Source: Camelus dromedarius
Lineage: Eukaryota
DNA length: 64,000 nt
NCBI RefSeq assembly: GCF_036321535.1
Contig: NC_087438.1
Coordinates: 12,526,001-12,590,000, forward strand
Direction of reading: 5' to 3'
A program made the translations under genes and the position numbers. Below the pieces are notes generated by a model. That model made no database searches. It was not told the origin of the DNA and worked only from the letters and a program-made list of their open reading frames with translations. Shown one piece after another: positions 14,201 to 25,472 of this stretch (its first letter is position 1; each line of letters begins with the position of its first letter).

Positions 14201-14435
14201 GAACAACATCTCACCAGTCTTCCGTGATGCAGTGTGCAGCGTCTCTGTGAAATAATTCCTGTCCAACATTTTCCAGATTAAACTCAGTGAAGCTCCTCTT
14301 TCTCTGCTGCTGTTGGTCATTAGTTGTTTCCTATGCCAACTTGAAGCCATCAGTCTGTAGTGTTGGCCCTTGTAACATAGTATTCTCTTGTAATTTGAAA
14401 GGAAAACTCCTGACTTTGCTTTCCTTTGAGATGTT

Positions 14436-15069
14436 AGTGTGTGTGTGTGTGTGTGTTTATATATATTTTTGTTGAAGTATAGTCCATTTACAATGTTGTG
14501 TTAATTTCTAGTGTACAGCACAATGCTTCAGTCATATATGAATATATGTGTATTTGTTTTCATATTCTTTTTCACCATAAGTTATTACAAGATGTTGAAT
14601 ATAGTTCCCTGTGCTATACAGTAGAAACTTATTTATCTATTTTATATATATTAGTTAGTGTCTGCAAGTCTCAAACTCCCAATTTATCCCTTCCCACCCC
14701 CTTCCCCACTGCTAACAATAAGTTTGTTTTCTATGTCTGTAAGTCTGTTTCTGTTTTGTAAATAAATTTGTTTGTCCTTTTTTTTTTTAAGATTCCACGT
14801 ATAAGTGATATCATATGGTATTTTTCTTTCTGACTGATCTCACTTAGAATGACAATCTCCAGATCCATCCATGTTGCTGCAAATGGCATCATTTTATTCT
14901 TCTTTATGGCTGATTAGTATTCCATTGTATAAATATACTACAGCTTCTTTATCCAGTCACCAGTGGACATTTAGGTTGTTTGCGTATCTTGGCTATTGTA
15001 TACAGTGCTGCTAGGAACATTAGGGTGCAAGTGTCTTTTTTGAATAAAGGTTCCCTCTGTATATCCCAC
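14436..15069 (-). mobile_element. 5'-truncated L1 with (GT)n at its tail and a TSD
   Basis: Reverse L1 ORF2-end and 3' UTR; perfect 14-bp TSD tcctttgagatgtt (14422-14435, 15070-15083). Confidence 0.92.
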
Positions 15070-15759
15070 TCCTTTGAGATGTTTTAACTAATAAATCAAC
15101 TTTAGTGTTTGATTATCATATCAACACATAGAGCTTAGTTCGGTGCATCAGCCTGAGTCTGAGTTTTTTGCTGTGCCACTCAATGGCTGGTGAATGTCCC
15201 AAATGTGGAGAAATGCAGAGGTAGTCTTGGCCCTTTCATTGTAGCTTCAATTTGGGTTTAAGTACCTTCCAGCGTGGATGACTAGTTGCTGTGTGTGTAT
15301 GTGTGTTTGTTTGACTGCTTTTTTATTTTTAACTTAGAAGTTCCAACTTCTGACTTTCTACACCAACTGATTTCTTTCAAAATTAAAAGTAATAGAAATG
15401 AGTGGCATAATTAAACTAATGAATATTAGTTTATAAATATTAATATAATTAAATAAATAATAAATAAATAAATACGCCCAGCACTCTCCTTATTTCTTAA
15501 GGATCTTGATACAAAGCTCTTCTGGCAAATGGGCTGATAAAATGTTTAGGGGCAGAGGGTACCTGAAATTCTGAATTTCATCCTTATCTTGTCTACATCT
15601 TGAGTTTTGAGTCACCCCAGATCTGCACCAACCGTGTGACCCAGAGTGAGTACCATTCTTGAGAGGAGAGCTCTGCCTATTTGCTGGCTTCTCGGTGGAA
15701 TTCCCTTTGACCCCCCTGGCTGGGGCCCTCCTGCCTTACCTAGTTTTGTCAGATGGACT

Positions 15760-15925
15760 TGGCCTTTTGCCTGTGGTACTGGCCCAGCTAGTTAGAATTT
15801 CCATGTGGGTAAAAAGGAGGATGCTCATGACATACTACCTCATGGTACTGTTGAGAAGATTAAATAAAATGGCTTAGTAACGTGTTTGGGATTAGGGTTG
15901 TGCTGGACCCCAGGAAACAGTTAAT
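15760..15925 (+). mobile_element. MIR 3' half
   Basis: ctacctcatggtactgttgagaagattaaataaaat. Confidence 0.55.
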
Positions 15926-18193
15926 AGATTTTAAGTTGTAATTTTAATTTACCCCCTAGTTGTAAGGCAAGGTTTTCACCCAGAACGTCTTGGGAAATAA
16001 CCAGACTACCAGAGTTCTGGTGAATTCTTTAAGCTTCCCTCTGATATCTCACTATATCTAACAGAAGAAAATTAGCAAAAAGTAGCTGTGTTTATTAACT
16101 TTGTGTTCAAAAAACAAACAGGAATGGAGAGACACTTTTTTAGAATTTGATTCTGTAGATTCATTTCCTACCCAGAGACGAATCGCAGCTGGACTTAAAA
16201 CAAAGAATAGGAAGTGGCCCTAACTGTGTTTCAGAAAACCAATTTTAGTAATGTAGATTTTAGGTTTGTAAACCAACATGACTTTAAGCCTCTGGGGATA
16301 GCTGTATAGAATTTCATGCTGTATGGGGTCAGAAAGGGGCACTCGTGTTAAGTACATATCCACACTACATTTATACTTTGTCTTCTCTTTTGTAGTTTCT
16401 AAGTTGGTATATGGGTTTCTATTATAGAATTGGGAGAAGATCCTAAAGGCAGACCTGTCGCAGCTCTAACTTGATGTCCCAAAATATCTTCAACTATCAG
16501 AGCTGTTACTTTGACATGCACCGTTCACGCATGCTGGGTAATTCAGAATTCAGTGAAAGAGTTGTAAACTATCATTTAAACTTCTGCTCCAGTGTATTCA
16601 TATTTTTACTTATTGCTTTGTGACTGCTTATGGGATAAAAGTACATTTAATTGTATTTTTACCATTTATGTTTGTTCCCACTTCTGAGAGAGAATAACCA
16701 AAAATTAAGTCACACAGAGCCCACTGGACGTCCAAAGTGGGTTATGACCAAAAGCCACTCCGTTTTTAAAAAGATACGTGTAAGAGAAATTCTTTCTTTG
16801 GTAACATAATAAAGGCTTTCCTTGAGAATTGGAACTGTATTTTAGTCACCTTTTGATGTATTGCTTTTTTTTCTTCCCCAACAATTCAAGTTACTGCAGA
16901 TGGGAAATTCACATGCAGAGTGGTGAGACAGATTTTGACTGACGAATAGCACTTTGCTAACCAACACCCGGCTTTTAAATGAGATAAATGTAGGTTATTC
17001 ACTGTCATGAATCGTGATTCCAAGGAATGGAATGAATAAGCAGCAAATTTTCTGTTTTAAATGGATAATACCTTAAAAAAAAATACTGGTTAAAGAGTAC
17101 ATTATAATTTTGCCTGGAGACAGCCCTGACCTGGAATGGAACCAGGAGGTCTCATATGTACACCTGTACACTTGGGGCACAGGGCAAGGCGCTCTCTCTC
17201 TCTCTTTCTCACTCCACTGGACTTCTTATTTGTGAGGACTGAAGAGGATACTGGCATGTGATTTCTGTCATATGCTTCATCAAGGAAAGGCAACCGGTTT
17301 TCCTCTAAAGAGCAACATTTCAGTAGTTTCTCACTGATCTCTGATGTCGTAAAAATGCACTTGAGGAAAAAGAAACGCAGTACTTGTTTAGCTCCGGCAA
17401 CGGTTCTGCACTGAATCTGTTATTTATAAATTTATAATTGATTGATGTGGATTAATGCTTTGGTGCCAGGGGAGAGCAATTCAAGATTCAAATACATTCA
17501 CGGGTTTTTATACCAGACTTAGTGTCAGCCTCTAGGAAGTTGGAGACTTAACTTTGAGTGAAAAAGGCTCTTAATGACCATTGAAGTTGTGTATCTCTTT
17601 TGAATTCTCATCAGGAAAGTGATAATGAAAGATGTTTTTAATTACCATGGAGCTATTTTTTAAAATCCCAAAATACCTTGAAAGCAATGAATAGAAGCTG
17701 GACATAACTAACAAACTAAATGTAATTGGCAACACCATGCTTTTCATTTCTTGGGCGATAGTCTCCTTTAACTGGTCCTACTTAATAATGAGATAGACCA
17801 AATCCTCTTTGCTTTTGGTCTTTGGAGGCATGTGTGCATATATGAACATATTTGAATAATGGAGTTTGAAGTGTGAGATTGTTTTCTTGAAATTTGTGAT
17901 TTGTGTGATTTTCCAGCTGGGCCATTTCTCTGGAAAGTATTTTAAAATTATGAAGCCTTTTTTACTCACTACAATATAGACTTAAAATGGCTGTGCCTGT
18001 CATCTTGTACACAAGTGCTCAACATTTGGGGCTTGAGTTGGACATTGGAAAGCAGAAAAAACAAATACTGCTCTGATGTTTGTGAGTAACAAGCTTACTC
18101 TTTTAATTACCGATTCTTTGATCTCAGCTTAATAGGTCCTCTGCTGGCTGCGATTAGACCTTTTATAACTGAGTGTTTGACTTTATGATACAC

Positions 18194-18282
18194 TTTTTTT
18201 TTATATGTTTAATTGTGGCAAAGTACATGTAGCCTAAGACTTCCCATGTTAACCATTTTCAAGTGTACAGTTCAGGAGCATC
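18194..18282 (-). mobile_element. Old L1 (L1MB-like) extreme 3' end
   Basis: tttaattgtggcaaagtacat...aaccattttcaagtgtacagttcag. Confidence 0.6.
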
Positions 18283-18339
18283 CTTCCTGAACTCTTCACT
18301 TTGTAAACAGAAGCCTCTTCAGTTTTTATACTCCATAGA

Positions 18340-18702
18340 CATCTTTGTCCGTTGGCGCGCTGTAACAGATTACCACCGACCGAGTGCTTATAAACAACAG
18401 AAATTGATTTCTCCCAGTTCTGCAGGATGGAACATCCTAGATTAAAGTGCAGGCAGATCTGGTGTCTGGTGGGGACCTGCTTTGTGGTCGTGGACGGCTG
18501 GGTCCTGGCTGCGTCCTCATATGGGAAGGGGACCAGGGAGCTGAGCGGTGGGGTCTTTTCTGGGAGGGCACTTATCCCATCAGCCGGGGCTCCACCTGCT
18601 GCCCTGGTCACCTCCCCAAGGCCCACCTCCTCCTGCCATCACACTGGCGGGTAGGATTTCGACCTATGGGTTTAGTAGGACGCGCACATTCCGTCCGGAG
18701 CC
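18340..18702 (-). mobile_element. MaLR solo LTR (MLT1A-like)
   Basis: gctgtaacagattaccac...ttataaacaacagaaattgatttctcccagttctg...cacctccccaaggcccacctcc...catcacactgg; homologous in reverse to the copy at 52487-52882. Confidence 0.85.
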
Positions 18703-19420
18703 ACAAGTAACTCTTTTCTCGTTGTGTGTTGTTTCCCGTTGTGTTACAGAACTCCGAGATGGGAGGCAAACTGAGCAAGAAGAAGAAGGGGTACAATGTG
18801 AATGATGAGAAGGCCAAGGACAAGGACAAGAAGGCCGAAGGAGCTGGGACAGAAGAGGAGGGAACCCCCAAGGAGAACGAGACCCAGGCGGCGGCGGAGA
18901 CCCCGGAGGTGAAGGAGGGCAAGGACGAGAAGCCCGAGAAGGATGCCCAGGACGCGGCCACCAAGCCCGAAGACAAAGAAGGCGAGAAAGACACAGAGGC
19001 AGCCAAGGAAGACGCCCCGAAGGCAGAGCCCGAGCAGACGGAGGGAGGCGAGGGGAAGCCGGAGCCCCCGAAGGATGCCGAGCAGGAGCCGGCGGCCGCC
19101 TCGGGCCCCGCTGCGGGCGGCGACGCCCCCAAGGCTTCGGAGGCCGAGGAGCCTGCCGCCCCCGCCAAGGATGACAAGGGCAAGGAGGGAGGGGAACCCA
19201 CAAAGACTGAGGCTCCCGCCGCTCCTGCCGCGCAGGAGACGAAAAGTGACGGGGCCCCAGCTTCAGACTCAAAACCCAGCAGCACTGAGGCTGCCCCATC
19301 CTCCAAGGAGACCCCCGCAGCCACGGAAGCACCCAGTTCCACGCCCAAGGCCCAGGCCCCCGCAGACGAGGTTAAACCGGCCGAGGCGCCGGCAGCTAAT
19401 TCGGATCAAACCGTAGCAGT
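18600..19420. promoter_or_regulatory. Intragenic CpG-rich island over the BASP1 coding exon
   Basis: Very high GC and CpG density (e.g. ggcggcggcgg, ccggcggccgcctcgg) against an AT-rich, CpG-poor background. Confidence 0.7.
18705..18749 (+). promoter_or_regulatory. BASP1: Splice acceptor of the BASP1 coding exon (exon starts 18750, 9 nt of 5' UTR before ATG)
   Basis: gtaac branch-like motif (18707-18711), pyrimidine/GT-rich tract, then ttacag|aactccgagATG. Matches the known BASP1 layout of a non-coding first exon, long intron and one coding exon. Confidence 0.9.
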
Positions 19421-19430
19421 CAAAGAGTAA
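18759..19430 (+). CDS. BASP1: Brain acid-soluble protein 1 (NAP-22/CAP-23), complete 223-aa CDS in a single exon
   Basis: Translation MGGKLSKKKKGYNVNDEKAKDKDKKAEGAGTEEEGTPKE...AANSDQTVAVKE is the characteristic BASP1 sequence: Gly2 myristoylation, basic KKKK cluster, acidic Ala/Glu/Pro-rich body. ATG at 18759 in context GAGATGG; TAA ends at 19430. Confidence 0.98.
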   Translation: MGGKLSKKKKGYNVNDEKAKDKDKKAEGAGTEEEGTPKENETQAAAETPEVKEGKDEKPEKDAQDAATKPEDKEGEKDTEAAKEDAPKAEPEQTEGGEGKPEPPKDAEQEPAAASGPAAGGDAPKASEAEEPAAPAKDDKGKEGGEPTKTEAPAAPAAQETKSDGAPASDSKPSSTEAAPSSKETPAATEAPSSTPKAQAPADEVKPAEAPAANSDQTVAVKE

Positions 19431-19475
19431 CACGGACAGCCTATGGAAAAAAAGAATACCGTCTAACAGCAACCT

Positions 19476-19484
19476 GTCTCTCTG

Positions 19485-19516
<32 letters not shown>
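19476..19516. repeat. Interrupted (CT)n microsatellite in BASP1 3' UTR
   Basis: gtctctctgtctctctctctctctctctgtctctctctctc seen directly. Confidence 0.95.
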
Positions 19517-19517
<1 letters not shown>

Positions 19518-20289
19518 TATACTAACTTGTTTCAAATTGGAAGTAATGAGATGTATTGCCCAAGAAAAAGGATGATGTCCCATCGAGGGAGGGAGGGGGT
19601 GGGGAGAATCCAAATAGTATTTTTGTGGGGAAATATCTAATATACCTTCAGTCAACTCTGCCAGTCAGTTCTGGATTTTCAAGCTCAATGTCTGAAAGTA
19701 AAGTACATCTTTTGTACCTGAACCGCTGTTCCATGCACTCTGCCACTAAGATCCCAACATCCTGCCTTCTGCAAGGGGAGTCGGAGTGTTCGATTCTGCC
19801 CGCAGGGCCTGTGCCAAGGCAATCAGATCTTTATGAGAGCAGTATTTTCTGTGTTTTCTTTTTAATTTACAGCCTTTCTTATTTTGGTATTTTTTTAATG
19901 TCGTGAATGAATGCCAACTTTCAGACAGCCCACTTAGCCTGTCCACATGTATCTCAAGGCCAAGACTCCATTCTTCCTCCCCAGGTATTTTTGGGAGTAA
20001 CAAACATTCTCTCATCCTACTTAGCCTCCCTAGATTTTCTCATGACGAGTTAATGCATGTCCGTGGTTGGGTGCACCTGTAGTTCTGTTTATTGGTCAGT
20101 GGAAATGAAGAAAAAAAAAAAAAAGTCTGCGTTCATTGCAGTTCCAGTTTCTCTTCCATTCCGTGTCACAGACACCACCACACCACTCATTGGAAAATGG
20201 AAAAAAAATAAAAATAAAAATAAAAAAACAAAAAAAAAGTACAATGGATGCATTGAAATTATATGTAATTGTATAAATGGTGCAACAGT

Positions 20290-20309
20290 AATAAAGTTAA
20301 ACAATTAAA
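20290..20309 (+). terminator. BASP1: BASP1 polyadenylation signal(s)
   Basis: AATAAA at 20290-20295 and ATTAAA at 20304-20309, with gttttctttt about 20-35 nt downstream. Confidence 0.8.
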
Positions 20310-22214
20310 ATGAAGTCACAAAGACTCCTGGTTTTCTTTTACCACCACTGCCCTGCCCCGCGCCCCCACCTCCCCAGTAATTACTGACAGACAGAACTTA
20401 TGTATTGGGCGTTTTCATGAATATATTTGGACAGACATATAAAGCAGGAGCCTCAACCTTATCTGTTTCAAAAAATTAGCTCATCGGTGTCAGTAAATCT
20501 TAGAAGAATCGAAACTAAAAACTTACTATGTCTATGATGTACCCCATAAAAATGGGGTTGTGATGAATTTACTTAAAAGTCACAAATATTTTGAATAAAA
20601 TACATTGGAAGACAGACAATAAACGGAGTTGATCACGAAGGGCTGGAGAGAAGAGAACTCCAAGATCTTAAAAGAAACATGCCACGTACGTCAGTTGTGA
20701 AACCACTGAAGATGGTTTTGTTTTATCTGTTTATCATTGTTGTGAGAGAGCCAGGCAAGGGGCCCTGAGTGTTGAGCAGTATGCTGGAGGGCAGTGACTT
20801 TAATCCTGTTCAGGTTTAGCATGAACGACTTGTATGGCTTTTAAGCTACATTTAAACTGCGGGGCTTCCCTGCTCTACTTACAAGACGGTTAGGGCAAAG
20901 CCCCGTCTGAAATATTTAATAGTTTGTGTACGTGCCTGATGGCGGATTTATAGGATGGATAGGTATGTAGCAACAGCTGTGATGTCACCTCATCCCTTGA
21001 AATCTTCCCCAGAGCTGAAACAGTGCTCCTCCGTTTGCTCAAGTTCCGTAGATGGGGAGGGGTTGGAGGTTGGGGGTCAGGAGCGGCTTTCGGAGCAGCC
21101 AGCCATGTGCATCTGTTCTGTAATGTAAGATGAGTTGCTTCAACTCTCTTGATGTTGATTTGGGTCTTTTCCAATTGGATATTAGCCACCAAATCTCCAA
21201 CATAAAATACTTAAAAAAGAATTGAACCCTAGCCACCCCAAAATTCCTCATGATTCTCAGTTAAGTGGAAGTTTTTTTTTTTTTTTTTTTTTTTTTTTGC
21301 AGGGATAGGGGGGTTGGATTGGATGGTAATTACCCAGAGTAAAATACAATTTCATACTCTAACCTAGAAAATTTTCTGCAGAATTTGTGAAGGGCTAGTA
21401 TACATGAATTAATTCCCAAAGGGACATGAGCGATATGGTGGATGAGGATGACCCTATTCGGTTCAAATGCGTTATGAAATAAAAAAGAAGAAAAAAGTAC
21501 TCCAAATATCTTCTCAGTAGCCTAGTGTGGACCATACCTAAGGTGTCGCCAGTGGATGAAATGGGAGAAGAAAACAGTGAAACTGAATATTAGGCAAATA
21601 GTCTTGTTGGGGTTAATTCATATCTATGTTCAACTTTAGGCACTTTTGGTTCTTGTTTCTATAGTGAAATAAATGTGAAATTAATGCTTGGAAGCACAAC
21701 AAACAAGATATATGTAAACACATTAACCACCAAGCAACTGTTTTAGGTAAGAAAAAACAGCAGAGGAATGTCCAAATTATTGTGGGTGTGTCCTAGCTTA
21801 TATAAAATAGCTCGGGGGTGGGTTGGTAGCGGTGGTGGGGAAAGAACAGATTCTCTGAACCATGGAGGGCATTTAAATGGTTACTAATATTAAATACCAC
21901 GCTTTTCTTGCAGATAGATGTGCTTGATGGAAGCAATATGTTATAAATTCACTGTTCATCCCCTTCTTTTAATAAAAAAAAATTTCACTAGGCTTTTTGG
22001 TGATTAGAATACTCAAATCAGCCTCCTGGTGTAGCGTTAATCACTATAAATTTGCCACTTAGGGCTAAGTGAAACTAAGTGGACGTTTTTCTTCATTTAT
22101 TTACATTTAAAGTTGTTGCCTGGGAGAATTAAAATCTGAGCTATTTTTCTCTTTTCTAACTCTAGTAGGTGTTCAAGCAATCTAAAAGTATCAGAAATGT
22201 GATCCCCTAAATAT

Positions 22215-22375
22215 GTATTTATTTATTTGAAACATTTTTCCTTAGATTTGTTTTGGGGGGGGGTAATTAAGTTTATTTCTTTATTTATTTTAATGGAGAT
22301 ACTGGGGATTGAACCCAGGACCTTGTGCATGCTAAGCATGCACTCTATCCCTGAGCTATACCAGGCCCCTCACCC
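22215..22375 (-). mobile_element. tRNA-derived SINE
   Basis: actggggattgaacccaggaccttgtgcatgctaagcatgcactctatccctgagctata. Confidence 0.9.
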
Positions 22376-25300
22376 AAAATATTTAAATCAGAATTTTAAC
22401 CTAACCATGGCTCATAACACTTAATTTTACCACGCTAAGAAAAACTTCTTTGAAATTGTGTAATCAGCAGCAAGTGTCTTCTATGTGGGAGTGACTGGCT
22501 CAGCCAGGAAGGAACAATGTTGGCATCCATTTTAATTTTGGATTAACCTAGATTGCTCCCTCCTCAAGAAGGATCTTAAAGGGAAGGTAACACACAGACT
22601 TGTGCTTAGCAGGCAAGTTGTTTGGGGACTCACCACACTCAGGCGTGTTCAACATCTCCCTTACAAAGAAGAAAGGATTCCAGGGTCTAACACTGAGTGT
22701 CTGTGTGCAGACGGCAAGGAGGAAACTGACAGGAATTGAAATGAACTTGTCGATGGTGACCAGCTCTGTCTGTCTACCTTGAATGTCCTGTCCAGTAGCT
22801 GACACTGCCTCTGTATGATGGGGATAGACGCAAGTCCCCAAGAGCTGAGGGGTTGACAGACATCCCATGGTGACCATTCCTGGCCTCAGCCCTAAGAACA
22901 GCCCATCTTCAACCTGTCCCTGGCCACTGAGGCAGAGGCCACACATGGCCACGATCCAGGAACGCCACTTGGCCATTCTTGAAGAGTCTTCTTTCATTTG
23001 GTGCAGTCGAGACCCAGGTCCAGTGTACATTAGGGAATTGGTTGTCAGCCGTCTGGTGCTGAGAAGATGTAGACATTCTTTAGCTGCCAAAGTTGGGAAA
23101 ATTATTAGGTGCCAGAAGTTATACAGTTTTTCCAATAAAGTATCCCAAAATCTTAATTTTCATGAAATGAAATACCATGGTATATTGAAACACACTATCT
23201 GCATTGAAACATTCAACATATCAATTAACGTTCACTGCCGGAGCTGCTTTGGGACACCCATCTTTTTTTGTTCCTTTACAGATACAAGGCTTTGACATAC
23301 AGCAAATTTCAGTCCAGTTTCACTTATGGAAAAAAAATCTATTTAGGAAATTTACTATTTTGTTGTTATCCAACGTCCTGTCTCAAGAGTGGTGAGGTTA
23401 ATCTTCAATCTTGACTTCTATTTTGCTTTTCCAGAGAAACGGGCGCAGTTATTTTGATCTTTATTTTTAACTAATTTGCACAAGTATGGAAATTGGATGA
23501 TTGGAAGATAATTTTAAGAATATACCAAATAGCAGTGCCACTAATATTTGTGGGATTAACCAGATGAGCTATTATATGCATCTTTATAAAAGGAAGCAAA
23601 GTTTGTTTCATTTATAATTGATACTGTTTTTGGTCAGCCAAGCAGTCCATCTTTAATCCTTTAGCTCAGGGAAAGCTATTTGAGCAGGATGTTGCAATTT
23701 TTTCTTTTTTCTTTTTTTAACCCTTTCTGCTCATGGAAAAGTGAAAAGAGTAATATAGAGAGTTTTTTCAGAAAGGTATATCTCTTTGATTAAAAAAAAA
23801 AACAATTTCTTTTCATGAGCCTATATGCTTCATGCCTTTTTAACGATAGAGATTTTATTAGTGTACAAAATCTCAAAGTCCAGGAACCACTGGTTTAGTA
23901 CATTTCTCCCAGTTTCTCTCAGCCTTCATTTTATTAAGAGCACTTTTCCTTCTGAAGCTATATTCTTCCACTTGGATACATATTTAAATTCCTAGAGGGA
24001 ATGTCTGTTTGAAAAAGAACTATGCTCTTGAAAAAGAATACTGAGTACAACTGTACACATTAAAGTAAACTGCAATGTCATATAGCTCTATCTCACGTAC
24101 GCTTGACCTTCATATTGTCCCACGGTCCAAATACCACATTTGTTCTCCATTTTGTTTCCTTTGAAGATGGTTTTATGTTTCCCTCTGAGTCTAGGAAAAT
24201 TCACTTTTAATATCACTCATTTATAAATTAATTGGTCTTCTAGAGTGTATCCACTTGTTTTAACTCCCTCAGGTTCTCTTTTTCTCACAGGATTGCTGAT
24301 CAGGTCCATGTCCTCAACGGTCGACTGACAGAATGATGGAGCGATAAGCACCAATTTAGAATCATTTAGAAAGTGTTCGTGTTTGCTCTCCTCACATATG
24401 TTTCCGCTTTTGCATGCCCAGAATTTAAAAGCGTTAGAGTGAAAGGGTCTCAGAAGTGTTGTCTGGAGGAATTCTCATCTTCTTATGACTTTACAGGCAT
24501 GTCCCCAATTCTGAGGCAGAATTTCAGGTAACAAAAGCGAAGCCTGTCAGGCTGCAGGCTTCCCTGAAGCCGTGGGTGAGGAAAGGCTGCTTAAATTTAA
24601 AAAGAAATTTGTTTTTTAAAACTTAACCTCAATATTCTGAGACCTTAAAAATATCTGTATCTTAAAGACTGAGTTTCAATCACTAGAAACGCTATTGGCA
24701 ACCTCACTATCTTCTGGCTTTTTAAGCTATGAATTTTTTCAAGTAGAAAATATGTTGGATCAGGGCACCAAAGACTCTTGCTTTATAATTGAATAAATCA
24801 GTCCCTGATGTCGACTGGATTGTATTTAAGAGCCACACGGCCAGAAAGTCAGGCCCATCATGTTACTCAAAGGAAAAGGGCACCTTTTTCACCTGGAGGT
24901 AAATACATTCACTTAAGATACACTTTTGTTAACAACAAGAATGGTGAAGAAAAATGGAAAAAAAAAAATCCCTGAGCCCCTAAAAAGAAAGCAATCTTCT
25001 TAATGGAAGGGAAAGTCTCCATTTTGGTCCTTTACAGACAGAAACAGCCCTGTTTGGAGATTTGCTACGAGAAGGAGGGGGTGACACGTCTGATTACAAC
25101 TGCCTTTTACGCAGGTTTGGGAAATTTGATCTGACAGGTGAACCCCATTAAAAGCACTGACTGGAAGACGGTCCAATGGCAGCAGTGAACAATTTCCATC
25201 TCCCTGCCTCAGCACAGACGTCTAAGAATAGAGCGGCCTCTCAGCCGGAACCACCCACAGCAGCCACCAAAGTCTGACTAGTATGCAAATTCCCCAGAGG

Positions 25301-25440
25301 GTTCTTTTTCTTCTTCTTTTTTCTTTTAGCTGAGGATAATAGAGACTATATTTTGCTTGCTACCTATTCAACTGCCGTCTCTTGCAGGAGCTGAAATTGC
25401 CTTGACATTCAGAGCAAATTCTACCGTTTCAAAATAAAAT

Positions 25441-25441
25441 A

Positions 25442-25468
<27 letters not shown>
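25441..25468. repeat. (AC)n microsatellite
   Basis: About 14 AC units seen directly. Confidence 0.95.

Positions 25469-25472
<4 letters not shown>

Larger units (their letters stand above)
1..18749 (+). other. BASP1: Distal part of the large BASP1 intron (exon 1 and promoter presumably upstream of the window)
   Basis: No CpG-island promoter or convincing exon upstream of the acceptor; BASP1 is known to have one very long intron. Confidence 0.8.
19431..20315 (+). other. BASP1: BASP1 3' UTR
   Basis: Transposon-free ~0.9 kb after the stop, with a (CT)n tract and U-rich and A-rich blocks, ending at AATAAA/ATTAAA followed by a U-rich downstream element. Confidence 0.85.

Noticed and set aside
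18726..18758. 11-aa N-terminal extension (MLFPVVLQNSE) in the ORF track
   Set aside because: Starts at GTG within the intron pyrimidine tract and crosses the splice acceptor; it would also block Gly2 myristoylation.
18608..19348. Long antisense and alternate-frame ORFs over BASP1 (246, 222 and 157 aa)
   Set aside because: Expected shadow ORFs of a GC-rich, low-complexity CDS poor in stop-generating codons; no recognisable domain.
19556..19906. 116-aa ORF in the BASP1 3' UTR
   Set aside because: Non-ATG start, no recognisable homology, composition typical of UTR.
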